In this document: positions 1-12,861 of the stretch, piece by piece
Position numbering within the stretch: the first letter of the stretch is position 1
Layout: every line of letters starts with the position of its first letter
NCBI RefSeq assembly: GCF_963921235.1
Contig: NC_086097.1
Location: forward strand, 207,950,001 to 208,014,000
From: Mobula hypostoma
Taxonomy: Eukaryota
Direction of reading: 5' to 3'
Length of the DNA: 64,000 nt
The notes under the pieces: model-generated
Databases searched by the model: none
What the model saw: only the letters and a program-made list of their open reading frames with translations
What the model was told of the DNA's origin: nothing
Made by a program: the position numbers and the translations under genes

Positions 1-2120
1 CCCTAACTTCGGCTCTGCTGTGCCAGACCAGACACTCCATTTTCTGCACTTTTGCCTCACCTCTTTTCTCCTAATCAAAACAAGGAAACCTTTCACAATG
101 AATGGAAAATTGTCCAGTTTCTAACAGCTTCAAAATTCTATTACATTTTGCATCTTCCTGCTCTCTTCCAACATTCTATAGAGAGATTATGCCCCTGGGA
201 CTGACTTCTACCACTCTTGCTTCTCCATTGCCAGCCCCGTCCTTGCAACTTCTTTTCATACAAATGCAAAAGGTACAATATGCCCATTTATCTTGTTCTT
301 TTGCACCAGTGATCCTGCTAAATCTGCCTTTCTTCCAATTCAATATTTTCTTTTGGTGTTCAGAATGTGGTCCTTGGGGAAACTAAAAGCAGACTGGTTG
401 ACCACTGCAGAATACAACCTTTCAATCCACAAGGGCAACTTGAAATTTCCAACTGCCTGTCAATTTAATTCTCCAAACACGATTTTGTCCAAACAATATA
501 ACAGGCCAACAATTAGTGCCAAAGTTTAACACAAGTTCAACAATGTAACCTTGAAAGACAGCACCTGCTCTTCTCTCTAAGCAAATTGCATCCCTTGGGA
601 CTAAATGAATTCACTTCCAGAAAACCAGCCTCTGTGCTAGAATGAGTCAATTCTGATGGAAGGTAATCCACCTGTAACTACCTCAGTCTTTCTATTCCAC
701 CTTCCCACACTCATCACCTACCTTCCCCCAGGAAAAAAAACTTTTCCCAATCTGTTGGGCATTATCAGCATTTTTTATTTCAGTTTTCCAGGGAACTGTT
801 GGGTGTTTCACATTTTTCCACATGCCCCCTTCTCTAACTATCTTTATTCACGCTTATCTTATTTTCATTCCACCCGACAGGACAAGCGTGATTAACCAGC
901 ATTCCCTTAGTTGTCATCACAACCTATTTTTCATTCAGAAAGTCTTAGATGTCTATCACATCAAAGACATTCCTTGGGTTCACTACATCCACCTGAACTG
1001 TGCATCTATGAACAATTATTAAACTGATACATTAAAATTATTCCACTTCACACAGATGTTGCTTGACACAAAATAACCACAAAAATGGTGGGAGTGTTTA
1101 GCCTTCTGAGCTTTTTGATTTTTTTGGATTGATTTGTTAACATGAATTCTACATATTTAAAAAAAAAATTCTACTGCAAGTACATGAGTAATCAGACTTT
1201 TAAATTTATTCTTCTGATAGGAAACAAATTGGCCAAGCTGAAAAACTGAAGCTGTACTACCCTGGGGACCAAAGTAAAGTTTTAAGACTTAATCCAATAC
1301 CTACTGTAAATAAAGCTTCCAAACAGATAAGGTTATCTGAAGTATTAAAATTCAATCATGAATACACCAGGGGTTTGGTAAGTCATGAATCACCCAAAAT
1401 GATCAGAAATACTAGAACCAAAATAATCTAGAGTAAACCTTAAAACATAAAATATAAAATTCTCCTAGGAATGACTGAGTGAATTCCTTCAAGGACAGAG
1501 AATTCAAAACTTAATTTTAGAATCATGTTAAGAAAATATGGATATGCAATTTGATAAACCAGTTAAGTTTCTTCTGCATAAAATATTATTGAAAGTGCAT
1601 TTAACTCTCTTAGAAAGTACATTTAAATACAATATTTAACATATTAAACAACCTTACTACCTGTATTAACATTAAGTGACAGCCAGAGCATTCTCATTTA
1701 TCTTCCATGCAGATTAAAACAATCTCAACAGGAATATTTTTATGCAATAGACTGCACAAAGTTCAAAGTAAATTTATTCACAAATTATGTTTATATCACT
1801 ATATATATCATTGAGATTAATTTTCCTGCAGGCATTCATGGTAGAACAAAGAAATACAATAGAATCAATGAAAAACTACACAGAAAAAGTGACAAGGAAT
1901 TAATGTAAAAAGACAACAAACTGCACAAATACTAAATAAATAAATCTGAGAACGTATTGTAGAGTCCTTGAAAGTGAGACATGAGGTATAGAGTATTTGA
2001 AAGTGACTCACTACAAGGCATCCATGCATTAATGAAGACAGAATAAAGTTGCCAAAGCCTCATCTCTGGAACACTGATGAAGATATAGTAACAATACCAA
2101 GAAATTTCATTTTGTCAGTA

Positions 2121-5100
2121 CATATTGAGCACCACTTATTCAAAAACCTCTAAAATCTAGAAGTTTTTGTTTGAGTGCTGACATGATTCTGGACTAGTTC
2201 CTGAGGATTGGAGGGTGGCTAATGTAACCCCACTTTTTAAAAAAGGAGGGAGAGAGAAACCGGGGAATTATAGACCGGTTAGCCTAACGTCGGTGGTGAG
2301 GAAACTGCTGGAGTCAGTTATCAAGGATGTGATAACAGCACATTTGGAAAGCGGTGAAATCATCAGACAAAGTCAGCATGGATTTGTGAAAGGAAAATCA
2401 TGTCTGACGAATCTCACAGAATTTTTTGAGGATGTAACTAGTAGAGTGGATAAGGGAGAACCAGTGGATGTGGCATATTTGGATTTTCAAAAGGCTTTTG
2501 ACAAGGTCCCACACAGGAGATTAGTGTGCAAACTTAAAGCACACGGTATTGGGGGTAAGGTATTGGTGTGGGTGGAGAATTGGTTAGCAGACAGGAAGCA
2601 AAGAGTGGGAATAAACGGGACCTTTTCAGAATGGCAAGCGGTGACTAGTGGGGTACCGCAAGGCTCAGTGCTGGGACCCCAGTTGTTTACAATATATATT
2701 AATGACTTGGATGAGGGAATTAAATGCAGCATCTCCAAGTTTGCGGATGACACGAAGCTGGGTGGCAGTGTTAGCAGTGAGGAGGATGCTAAGAGGATGC
2801 AGGGTGATTTGGATAGGTTGGGTGAGTGGGCAAATTCATGGCAGATGCAATTTAATGTGGATAAATGTGAAGTTATCCACTTTGGTGGCAAAAATAGGAA
2901 AACAGATTATTATCTGAATGGTGGCCGATTAGGAAAAGGGGAGGTGCAACGAGACCTGGGTGTCATTATACACCAGTCATTGAAAGTGGGCATGCAGGTA
3001 CAGCAGGCGGTGAAAAAGGTGAATGGTATGCTGGCATTTATAGCGAGAGGATTCGAGTACAGGAGCAGGGAGGTACTACTGCAGTTGTACAAGGCCTTGG
3101 TGAGACCACACCTGGAGTATTGTGTGCAGTTTTGGTCCCCTAATCTGAGGAAAGACATCTTTGCCATAGAGGGAGTACAAAGAAGGTTCACCAGATTGAT
3201 TCCTGGGATGGCAGGACTTTCATATGAAGAAAGACTGGATGAACTGGGCTTGTACTCGTTGGAATTTAGAAGATTGAGGGGGGATCTGATTGAAACGTAT
3301 AAGATCCTAAAGGGATTGGACAGGCTAGATGCAGGAAGATTGTTCCCGATGTTGGGGAAGTCCAGAACGAGGGCCACAGTTTGAGGATAGAGGGGAAGCC
3401 TTTTAGGACCGAGATTAGGAAAAACTTCTTCACACAGAGAGTGGTGAATCTGTGGAATTCTCTGCCACAGGAAACTGTTGAGGCCAGTTCATTGGCTATA
3501 TTTAAGAGGGAGTTAGATATGGCCCTTGTGGCTACGGGGGTCAGGGGGTATGGAGGGAAGGCTGGGGCGGGGTTCTGAGTTGGACGATCAGCCATGATCA
3601 TAATAAATGGCGGTGCAGGCTCGAAGGGCCGAATGGCCTACTCCTGCACCTATTTTCTATGTTTCTATGATGCCACTAATAGAAAATTCCACAGGGTGCT
3701 GGGAAGGTTCCCAGGTGATTCGCAAGTCTCTGTGCACCACAGGCAGTTCGGAGACATGACCTCACATACTGACTGGAGCCCAGGAGCCATCACAGCCAGA
3801 CTTTCATGCATTACTCAGATTACTATGTAAAAATAATGCATATTCTCTGCTGTGTTGTGAAGACATTGTTGAAAATGTCAAAAAGACCTGCATTACCTCT
3901 AAGGGTAATAATGAGAAGAGAAAAAAAGGAAGTGTTTATGTTTATCTTTAAGACAAAGTCAAATTCAGTAAGTGTGAAGCAAATGACAGAGTATGGTGTT
4001 AAAATGACCACCATCTATGACCTGAAGAAACAGAAGAACAAATTAATAAAATCTATGCCATAAGTAATGAACAGAAGCTAATGAAAAATAGAAAAACACT
4101 GCATAAAGTGAAAGCTGAAGATCTCGACTTGTATTGAAAGAGTGGATTCATCAGCTTAGAGAGAACTTATGCCGCTTAACAGTGTGCTGATCTTGAAATA
4201 AGCTCTATCACGATGAACTGAAGACTGAAAGTAATTGTGAATATACAGCTACTGGTTGCAGAAATTTAAGAAAAGGCAAGAAATTAATTTTTTAAAGATT
4301 TGTGGTGATAAAGCCCTTGTTAATCACGAAGCAGCATAGAAATTGAAGGGCTACAGCAGTGTGCATTCGTAACAGAACAAGGAATCATGTCATTTATAAA
4401 ATCAAAGAAAGATTGCTACAAGCAAAAACCGTAGTTAGTGAGACATATGAAACAGGAAGAAGTATTTTAAAAGGTCATCCAGCACAGTGCCTCCTCATCC
4501 TGAGAGCATCTACTTCCAGGTCCCTCATCTGCAACCATGTTCCTCCTCACAATACTGATAATGACAATGTACTCTCTCTCAAGTTTCTCACACCTTATGT
4601 AGTTTGGTGCTACATTTATCTTCCTTTGTAGGCAAAGATCATCATTTTTTGTTGGGCAATTTAGAACATTATTTTTACATGAAATCTGAATTTCTCCACC
4701 TAAAATTCCAGGATTGAGTGCAACATGACCAGTGTCATTCTGGCATTAAAAATAAAATGTTGACTTTTTCCAATTTTCATTACACTTACCTGTATTTACC
4801 TATACTTAAATTCCATCTTTTGTTTTTATACCTTACATAAAACCTAAAAATGTGGAATACATTGTACTGTAACCTTTTAATCAAAACACAGTATCGTAGG
4901 TGGAGAATTAAAGCCTGTTGTTGTTTGCTGTTGTTTAACAGCTGATTCAGATATTCTCCCGCTGCTGTTGTGCTACTTGTGTGACCCTGCACACATTATA
5001 TTTTCATTATATTAATCGTATGTAATAATTGTTACATAGACATAGCTAGGGTGCCCAGTACTGCATCAACAAAATGTTTACCAATGTTAACATAAATTTA

Positions 5101-5592
5101 ACTCACAGATACTGCTGTTTCTAGGGCAAATAAACAGAGAATGGAGATTGATGTCTTTCCTTCATGTGCTTTAGATTGAATCAAAATCAACACAAGCAGG
5201 AAATGATATAAGAACATTGCTTACAGTACTGTGTAAGTCTTAGGTAGCCTAGCTATATATATGTGCTATATGTGCAATGAACAAGTGTAAGACAAATAGT
5301 TCTTAGTGGTAGCACATAAATTTAGAGTTGGGAATGATGGCAATACCAAACAACCAGTGACCATCCACCTGGGCAGTGGAAGTAGTGATAGCTCACCTTC
5401 CTGATGGTTCAATGCACACATTGTTTCAGGCACAAAATTATTAAAAATAATCATATAAAACTTCAGTGTATATCCATAAACTGTATATGTAATGCAAATG
5501 AACTTTGTGCTTTCACTTGGGTCTCATTCCCAAACTATTTCATTAAACAGATGCAAATATTCCAAAATATGGATTAGGGGTAGTCTAACCTG
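2121..5592 (+). mobile_element. Degenerate pogo/Tigger-family DNA transposon (Tigger4/Zombi-like, Jerky-like transposase remnants), interrupted by a CR1 LINE
   Basis: TA-flanked decayed termini (ta|catattgagc ... aacctg|ta). Broken transposase fragments at ~3875-4320 (MSKRPA...EYGVKMTTIYDLKKQK, RKTLHK, WLQKFKKR) resemble CENP-B/Jerky HTH domains. The sequence is continuous across the CR1 insert (gctgacatga | tgccact). Confidence 0.75.
2188..3668 (+). mobile_element. 5'-truncated, relatively young CR1 LINE (RT region of ORF2 plus 3' UTR)
   Basis: ORF 2215-3384 has CR1 RT motifs (NYRPVSLTS, QHGF, YLDFQKAFDKV, GVPQGSVLGP, KFADD). After a frameshift it continues as 3381-3578 (FFTQRVVNLWNSLP). 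Ends in a (tttctatg)-type tail. Confidence 0.95.
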
Positions 5593-6179
5593 TATCATAA
5601 ATTTATATGTATATACATACCCTAAATGTTGCCAGGATGATCCTGGTTACTTTTTCTTTCACAGACTCCTGAAGAATATCAGATAAAGCTGGGACAATAT
5701 TCAGTCTGCGTAGATGTTCACATAATTGTGGACTAAAGGCCAATAACCAGAAGGAGAAGATCATCTGATACTGTAACTGGAAGCCACATTTATTGTTTAT
5801 AACAGCTATAATGCTGTAAAGTGGAAAAACAGAAATTAAATAAAAAATTGCATTTTTGATGCATAATTGTATACTTAAATTAAAAAATTCAAAATAGTTT
5901 TCAAAAGTCTAATGTAACCTTTTCTTAAAACCTTTAATGCACAAAAAGAAAAATGAATGTGCCAATGAAAACATTATTCAATATTTAATTCATACTTAGA
6001 CATAGTTTATTTCCTTAAGGTATTTCAGAATCAGAAGCAGGTTGATTAACTAACACACACACACAATGCTGGGGGAAGCTCAGCAGGTCAAGTAGCATCT
6101 ATGGACAAAAATGAACAATTAGCTTTTTGGACCAAGAACCTTCAGCAGGATTGGTAGGAGAATCTCTTGTGTCTCAGTT

Positions 6180-7410
6180 TTATAATCACTGACATATTTT
6201 GTGAAATTTGTTGCTTTGTGTCAACAGTATCGTAGAAGACAAAGACAAGTTTAAAAAATAAACTTTGCAAAAGATGACTAATGAGATGGTGTTCATGGGT
6301 ACATGGACTGTTCAGAATTCTGATGGCTGTGGGGAAAAAACATTCTTAAAACATTGAGTGTGGGTCTTCAGGCACCTGTATCTTCTCCCTAATGGTAGTA
6401 ATGAGAAGACTGGGATGGTAAGGAAATGTAATGATGGATGCCACCTTCTTGAGCCACTGCTTTTTGAAGATGTCTTCAATGGTGAGGAGGGTTATGTTCA
6501 TGATGAAATTGTGACAGTCGACAACCCTCAGAGGTCTCTTTTGATCCTGTGCATTTGAAGTTCCATACTAGCCTGTGATGTAACCCATGACATACATGAA
6601 ATAAAGTCACTGGCCTGCCTTCTTCATGACTGCATCAATATGTAGGGCCCAGGACAGATCCTCTGAGATGCTGACACCCAGGAACTTGAACTTAAGACAA
6701 GGTTGGATAGGTTGGTGCATAGTAGGAGAATTAAGGGTTATGGGGAAAAGACGGGTGGTTGGAGATGAGTCCAGGACCAGATCTGCCATGATCTTATTGA
6801 ATGGTGGAGCAGGCTCAACGGGCCAGATAGCCTACTCCTGTTCCGGTTTCTTATGTTCTTATATGTAAACTGTTTACACGTTCCACCACAGAACCCCACA
6901 CTGAGGACTGGTGTGTGTTCTCCTTCCTGAAGTGCACATTCAGTACCTTGGTCCTGCTGACAATGAGTGCGAGGTTGTTGTTGCAATGACACTATCTATC
7001 TCACTACCTTATGCCTTCTCATCACCATCTGTGATTCTGCAAACTACAGTAGTGTCATCAGTGTATCTATAAATGAAAGTGGCGCTGTGCCTAGCCATAC
7101 AGACGTGAGTTTAGAGAGAGTAGAGCACTGAGCTAAACACGTATCCTTAAGGTGGACTTGTGTTGAATTGCCAGCGAGGGGATGTTATTTACTGAACTAC
7201 ACTAACTATAATTTTGTGACAAGAAAGTCTGAGAACAAGTTGCAGAGGGAGGCACAGGGCCCCAGATTTTACAGCTTGTCGATTAGTACTGAGAGTACAA
7301 TGGTGTTGAATGCTGAACTGTAATAAACTGCAGCCTGACGCAGGTAGTCGATGAGGCAGCTCAGCCTACTCTTCTTGGGAACTGGTATGACTGATATCCT
7401 TTTGTAGCAG
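6180..7410 (-). mobile_element. Degenerate Rex1/Babar-type LINE remnant, with a short CR1-type 3' end inserted at ~6692-6862 (+)
   Basis: Minus-strand fragments such as FKFLGVSISEDLSWALHIDAVMKKAGQ. The inner segment ends tttcttatgttcttat and resembles the other CR1 3' UTRs in the window. Confidence 0.65.
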
Positions 7411-7844
7411 GTTTAACCTGTCTATACTATACAATAATCAATTTTTTTAATATAAAAAGTGTCACCTTTGTTGGAATTTTGTTCTAAGAGGGACATCTAT
7501 TCTGTTTGAGCTAGACTGTTACAAATTATGAAGCAATACTTCAAACAAATGTAAATTAAAATTGACAAGGTCGGAAGTGAGAACCGATTTCATCGATTTG
7601 GAAAATTTAAACCTAATGAGACAAACTTTAACAGAGAGGCTTTTCAGAAATACTTTGTAAATACCTCTATAGAATCTGAACAGTTCTGCAACAATAATTG
7701 CTCATTTTAATCCCAAGCTTGATTGCATTTTAACAAAGGTATTAAAAGATATAGGAAAAAGTTTCCCAGATCAGGTCACAGATTAAACTGAAGAGCAGCA
7801 CGGATTACAAAGTTCATTATGGTTTACTCCTGCATTTACGAGAC

Positions 7845-9378
7845 AAAAAACAAAGACATAGGAGCAGAATTACGCTATTCGGCCCGCGTAGTCTGCTCTG
7901 CCATTCCATCACGGCTGATTTATTATCCCTCTCAACCACGTTCTCCTTGCTTCTCCCCATAACCTCTGATACTCTGATTATTCAAGAACCTATCAACCTC
8001 TGCTTTAAATATAACCAATGACTTGGCTTTTGTGGCACTGAATTCCACAGATTCATCAACCTCCAGCTGAAGAAATTCCATCTCATCTCTGTTCCAAATG
8101 GACATCCCTCTATTCTGAGGCTGTGCCCTCCAGCTCTAGACTCAACCACTATAGGAAACAATCTCTCCACGTCTACTCTATGCCTTTTAATATTCAATAG
8201 GTTTCAGTGAGATCGCCCCCACCAATTCTTCTCAACTTCAGTAAGTACAGGCCCAGAGCCAAAAAACACTAACCCTTTCATTCCCAGTAACATGCTCATG
8301 AACTTCCTCTGAACTCTCGACAAAGCCAAAACATATTTTTATAGATAAGTGGCCTAAAACTGCTCACAATGCTCCAAGTGTGGTCTGTCTAATGCCTAAT
8401 AAATTTTAGCCTCAGCAATACATCCTGCATTTTGTATTCTAGTCCTCTCAAAATGAATGCTAACATTGCTTTTGCCATCCTTACCACAGACCACTAACTT
8501 CAAGTTAGCCTTTTGGGGAATCCTGCAAAATGATTCCCAAGTCCTTTTGCATCTGATTTTTGAATTTTCTCAGTTTATAAAATAGCCTATGCCTTTATTC
8601 CTTGATATGCATGACCACATAGATCCCTGCACTAAATTCTGTCTGCCACTTCTTTGCCCATTCTGCTAAAGTCTGTCCAAGTCCTTCTGCAGACTCCCTC
8701 CTTCCTCAATATTACCTGCCTCTCCACCTACCTTTGTATCACCTGCAAACTTGGCCACAAAGCCATCAATTCCGGAATCCATATAATGTGAAAAGCAGTG
8801 GTTGTAACACCAACCTCTGCAGAACACCACGAATCACCGGCAGCTGACCAGAAAAGACACCTGTTATTTCCACTCTTTGCCTCCTGCCAGTCAGCCAACC
8901 TTCTACTCACGTTAGTATCTTTCCTGTAATACCGTGGGCTTCTATCTTGTACAGCAGCCTCATATGCAGCATCTTTTCAAAGGCTTGCTGAAAATCAAAT
9001 AAACAACATGCACTTCATCTATCTTGCCTGCTTCTTCTTCAAAGAATTACAGCAGATAATGTCGAAAAAAGTTTCCAATTAAGGAAACTATGCTGACTTT
9101 GGCTTGTTTTATCATGTGCGTCCAAGAATCCCGAAACCTCATTCTTAATAATGGACGCCAACATGTTCCAAACCACTTAGGTCAGGCTGGCAGGCCTATA
9201 ATTTCCTTTCTTTTGTCTCCCACTCTTCTTAAAGAATGGAGTGACATTTGCAATTTTCCAGTCCTCTGAAACCATTCCAGAATCCAGTTATTCTTGAAAG
9301 ATCACTACTAATGCCTCCAGAATCTTTTCAGTTACCTCATTCAGAAGCCTGAGGTGTAGCCCATCTGGTCCAGGTGAC
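7845..9378 (-). mobile_element. Degenerate CR1 LINE (3' half)
   Basis: Minus-strand fragments VERLFP..GHSLRIEG..FFSWRLMNLWNS. Homologous in reverse to the CR1 at 2188-3668. Confidence 0.85.
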
Positions 9379-9523
9379 TATTATGTAAGACTATCAACAT
9401 CCGCAAAGTAATGTACTAAGTCAAGTTCTTGAATGATTAGTAACTACAAAATACTTAAAAACCAGCAAAAACACGTCGTTTGAACAATCTGTATGGAACA
9501 AGTAATGCTTTCGCAATTCTTAC

Positions 9524-9621
9524 CAGTTCACTCCATCAGCTTCCACCCAGGCAAAACGGTATTCGTTAACTCTTAGCATCAGCTGTAGACAACCTGCCAC
9601 ACATTGAACATACTGTGAACT
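9524..9621 (-). CDS. ATP6V1H: ATP6V1H internal coding exon (98 nt): SSQYVQCVAGCLQLMLRVNEYRFAWVEADGVN(C)
   Basis: Translation matches vertebrate V-ATPase subunit H. Acceptor ttttcatttcag, donor gtaaga; ends in phase 2. Confidence 0.97.
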
Positions 9622-10721
9622 CTGAAATGAAAAGAAATTAATATAACCATTTCTAATTATGGCATGAACAAGTTTCCTTGTTTTAAAAAAAAGTTATCAG
9701 CTGGCCAACTCCCAAAGCTGCAAAAGTCAATACCAGCACATCAGTTTTAAACATTTTTGATTTGCAATTTCCTAAGGAATTATCAATATTCAAGGAGAAA
9801 AAGAGATGGAATTGGAATATGTCTTTATACCATGGATGTCAGCTACGAAAGTTGAGACATTTCTGTAACAAACTTTAAATTTGTACAGGATATAATTGTG
9901 CGCTCAGCACTACTAATTATCCTCATGAAGGTTTCTGTGCATTATGCTGAATAATATAACAACTAAGTAGAAAATTAAATTGATATTGCGATCCACAATC
10001 TGCAACAACAACTGTTGATCTGTGTAATGAATTCTGGTCTTACTTTTTGAAAAATTAATGAACACAGTCAAGACAAACTATACCCAATACTACACCAATT
10101 TAAAATATATAAAATAAACTTGAACAGGAATCTCAGTGATTTTCCCATTACTATCATTTCTGTAATAGATTAAACTAGTTTAATTTAATTATCACTGCTA
10201 TTCAGTAGAATTCACGCAGTGTTTCCCTTGTTTCAATCTTAAATGCACTAGAAATCAAAGCTACAGCTAACTTAAAACTTGACCCACATTGCTCTAGTAG
10301 CTCTACTGAAGAGTGGTTCTTCATGCAGTCACTTGTTACCCTGCACAGCCTGAATGAAATCAATTCAATATTATGTATCTTATGCATATGCTGGAAATTT
10401 CAGAGCAGTCTCCGAATATAAAATGGAAAGTCAGTGTGTGTTGTTTTGGGGATAAGGTCTTCACTGCAGCCAGGGTAAAAACTGAAATGCCCATGTGCAC
10501 ATCAAATGTTTTACTGGAGGCACACCCACTCTAACCTCTCCAGTTTGTTCATGCACAATTAATACAGAAATTCATAGGTTACTGTGATTCCTTGTTAGTC
10601 CATAAGGTGTGCTGTAGCAGGTTTCATTAAGGCAATGCAAACAAAATCAGTTACTCAACCAGAATGCATTATAAACCATACACTGAAAAAAAATTGTGTT
10701 TCATACCTTGTTAAATGAGGT

Positions 10722-11282
10722 GGGGTGTATGGGGTGTCAGGGAGGGGTAGCACCTCTGGTGGGGGAACATGTCACGTCCTTTTCAGGGCGGTTAGTCCAC
10801 CTTTGGTCCCCACCTGGCACTCAGCTCTCACCTGTGGCTCCCCATAGCTGTTTGCATGCGACAGCGGCCACACCCCGGGCAACGGTTTCCACAAGCCGGC
10901 TAAACCAGGTGAGGGTAACCAACAGATCTCAAACCCTCAGTGAGATAGGGAGTTGCCTATCCCAGCATGTGAAGACAGACTCCGGCGGATTGAGCGGACG
11001 AGACCAATGGAAGGTCCAACGGTCAAGAAGGCGGTCTCTGCAAGCGTCGTGGAACGTGTAGAGCAGGACAAGACACAGAAGACGTTCTGGACATCCACTG
11101 CACCTAGTCCCATCTCCAGCCGTCTCGACTCTGTCTAGCCCCTGGATCCAAATGGGAATTGGGAAGAGAGAGTGAGGCTGACGCTGCGCAACTCTCTCTC
11201 ACTTAAATCCAAATCACGCGCTAGTCTCGACACCATCATAATGGTGTCAAGGTCCTCATCGACATTGACGATGGACGAACAC
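10722..11282 (+). mobile_element. Non-autonomous RTE-type retroposon (RTE-like 5' UTR joined to RTE-like 3' end, no transposon ORF)
   Basis: GC-rich island in an AT-rich intron, bounded by a near-perfect TSD aaatgaggtgg (10713-10723) / aaatgagatgg (11283-11293). The 3' end has stem-loops (gacaccat-cata-atggtgtc, 11229-11248) and an RTE-like terminal motif (ctcacttaaatcca...ggacgaaca). Family assignment is from recalled similarity. Confidence 0.7.
10731..10915 (+). ncRNA. HDV-like (nested double pseudoknot) self-cleaving ribozyme motif
   Basis: P1 GGGGUGU (10731-37)/ACACCCC (10870-76); P2 CUCUCACCUGU (10825-35)/ACCAGGUGAGGG (10904-15, one bulge); P3 GGC/GCC; L3 UCCCCAU plus inserted hairpin; P1.1 GG (10877-78); GCAAC; P4 CGGUUU/AAGCCG; J4/2 GCUAA with putative catalytic C at 10900. 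Confidence 0.8.
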
Positions 11283-11468
11283 AAATGAGATGGAATGATT
11301 CTGAACAGGCCTATTCGACACAGCTATTGTTCCCTGGTGCAGCAAATCCAATTTTATTTCTAGCTTTTCATTCACTCAATTATTTCAAAACTTCTGGTTT
11401 TAATAAGTTCGATATTTTACCATCTTCTTCAATCTCCATCTTGTTTTATGTTCTATAAATTTAAAATA

Positions 11469-12861
11469 CAGTGGATTCCAGTTAAGTGGGCCAACGGTTA
11501 ATCAGAGCAACTGCTTACTTGGGACAACTCTTAAAAGTACAAAAACTTATTGAAAAAATAGCTGGAATTCCTGTGTTTATTTGGGACACTATGCTAATTA
11601 ATTGGGACAAGTAACATTTCCCGAATAGTTTGTAACTAGTGTCAGTTGCTGTTAGACACTACACTGTGCTTCGAGCACACATTTTTAAATAGCGTCAGTT
11701 GTGTGTGCTTGTGTTACATTATCCCGATGGGCCAATGGATGCCGATTCAAAAAGCAATGGCTTTTGAACATTGCGTTTTTTCATTTTGAGTTAAAAAGAG
11801 AGAAATTCAGACCCCTGCCAAGATACTACATAAAGATTTGACTCTAGTCTAAAAAAAAATTACTGCTGGAAAAGTAAAAAGCCATCCACCTAACACCACC
11901 CATTGTCAACTGGAGTGACAGAATCTGCAATGACATGCTTGGTGCATCTGCAAGATAAACTACGAGAAGAATGAGCATTACGTCGTCATCGTCGTTAGGT
12001 CACAACAGTAATTTCCCGTTGGCGGACGGTTTCCTCCACGCCGCTCTGTCCCGACACTTGCCCACAATATCCCTAGTCTTATCCAGCTTGGTCCAACCCT
12101 TGATGTGATCCAGCCACATTGTTCTTTGCCTACCTCCTTTTTTTCCCTCCACCTTTTCATATAGCAAGTCTGACAAACAAAAGCACGGAGGGAAGGATGC
12201 GGATGTTGAAGAGAACCCTCAATCAATCCATTGTAAGTGGATGAGGTGTTACAAACAAGTCAGAGGAGCTAGCTAAAAACTGATCATGAAGACAGTTGGC
12301 TGTCTTGATGGATATACTGGCACCACATTAAATTCAAGAAAGTACACGGTGAGGAAGATAGAGCTGTGCTGTAAGGGCAAGAATACGGAAATCTACAAAA
12401 CTACTCAATATGTTTGAAAAATTTTGTGCAGCAGAAGATATCTACAATGCCAATGAAAGAGGCCTCTTTTAAAAAAAAATCACACCATGCCAAATGGTTT
12501 CCTCGACTACAAACACTCAACACCATCAGGTTCAAAGTCCTTCACTAGGTGCTTGCACTGATTTTGTTCATTTACCAACAATTGAAAGAATGCGGAAACG
12601 TATACAGGATGAATTCCTCCATGGATAAATTTTAGTCACTAATGCACAATTATATAGTACTGTAGTAGTACTGCTGGTGTTCTAAATTTATCTGTTTTTC
12701 ATTTAAGTACAAATTTGTTACTCAGTTAAACAGAAGTTTGCTCTTTTTTTTTAAATATACCTTTCTAACTATTTCCATGAAACTGTGGCTAATTGGGGCA
12801 GTTACTTGATCAGCCCAAAACATACGGGTCCCAATGTATCCCAATTAACAGGAATCCATTG
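11469..12861. mobile_element. Internally deleted pogo/Tigger-type DNA transposon
   Basis: TA-flanked TIRs cagtggattccagttaagtggg / cccaattaacaggaatccattg. An internal remnant AEDIYNANERGLF (~12431-12469) resembles the pogo IYNxDETGL motif. Confidence 0.75.

Noticed and set aside
1..9523. Next ATP6V1H exon (IMGVLSNKCGFQLQYQ...)
   Set aside because: Not found by eye; presumably beyond the left edge. The start-codon exon was likewise not found before 64000.
10696..11138. ORFs of 121 and 61 aa across the GC-rich element
   Set aside because: No recognisable domain; better explained as a structured non-coding retroposon.
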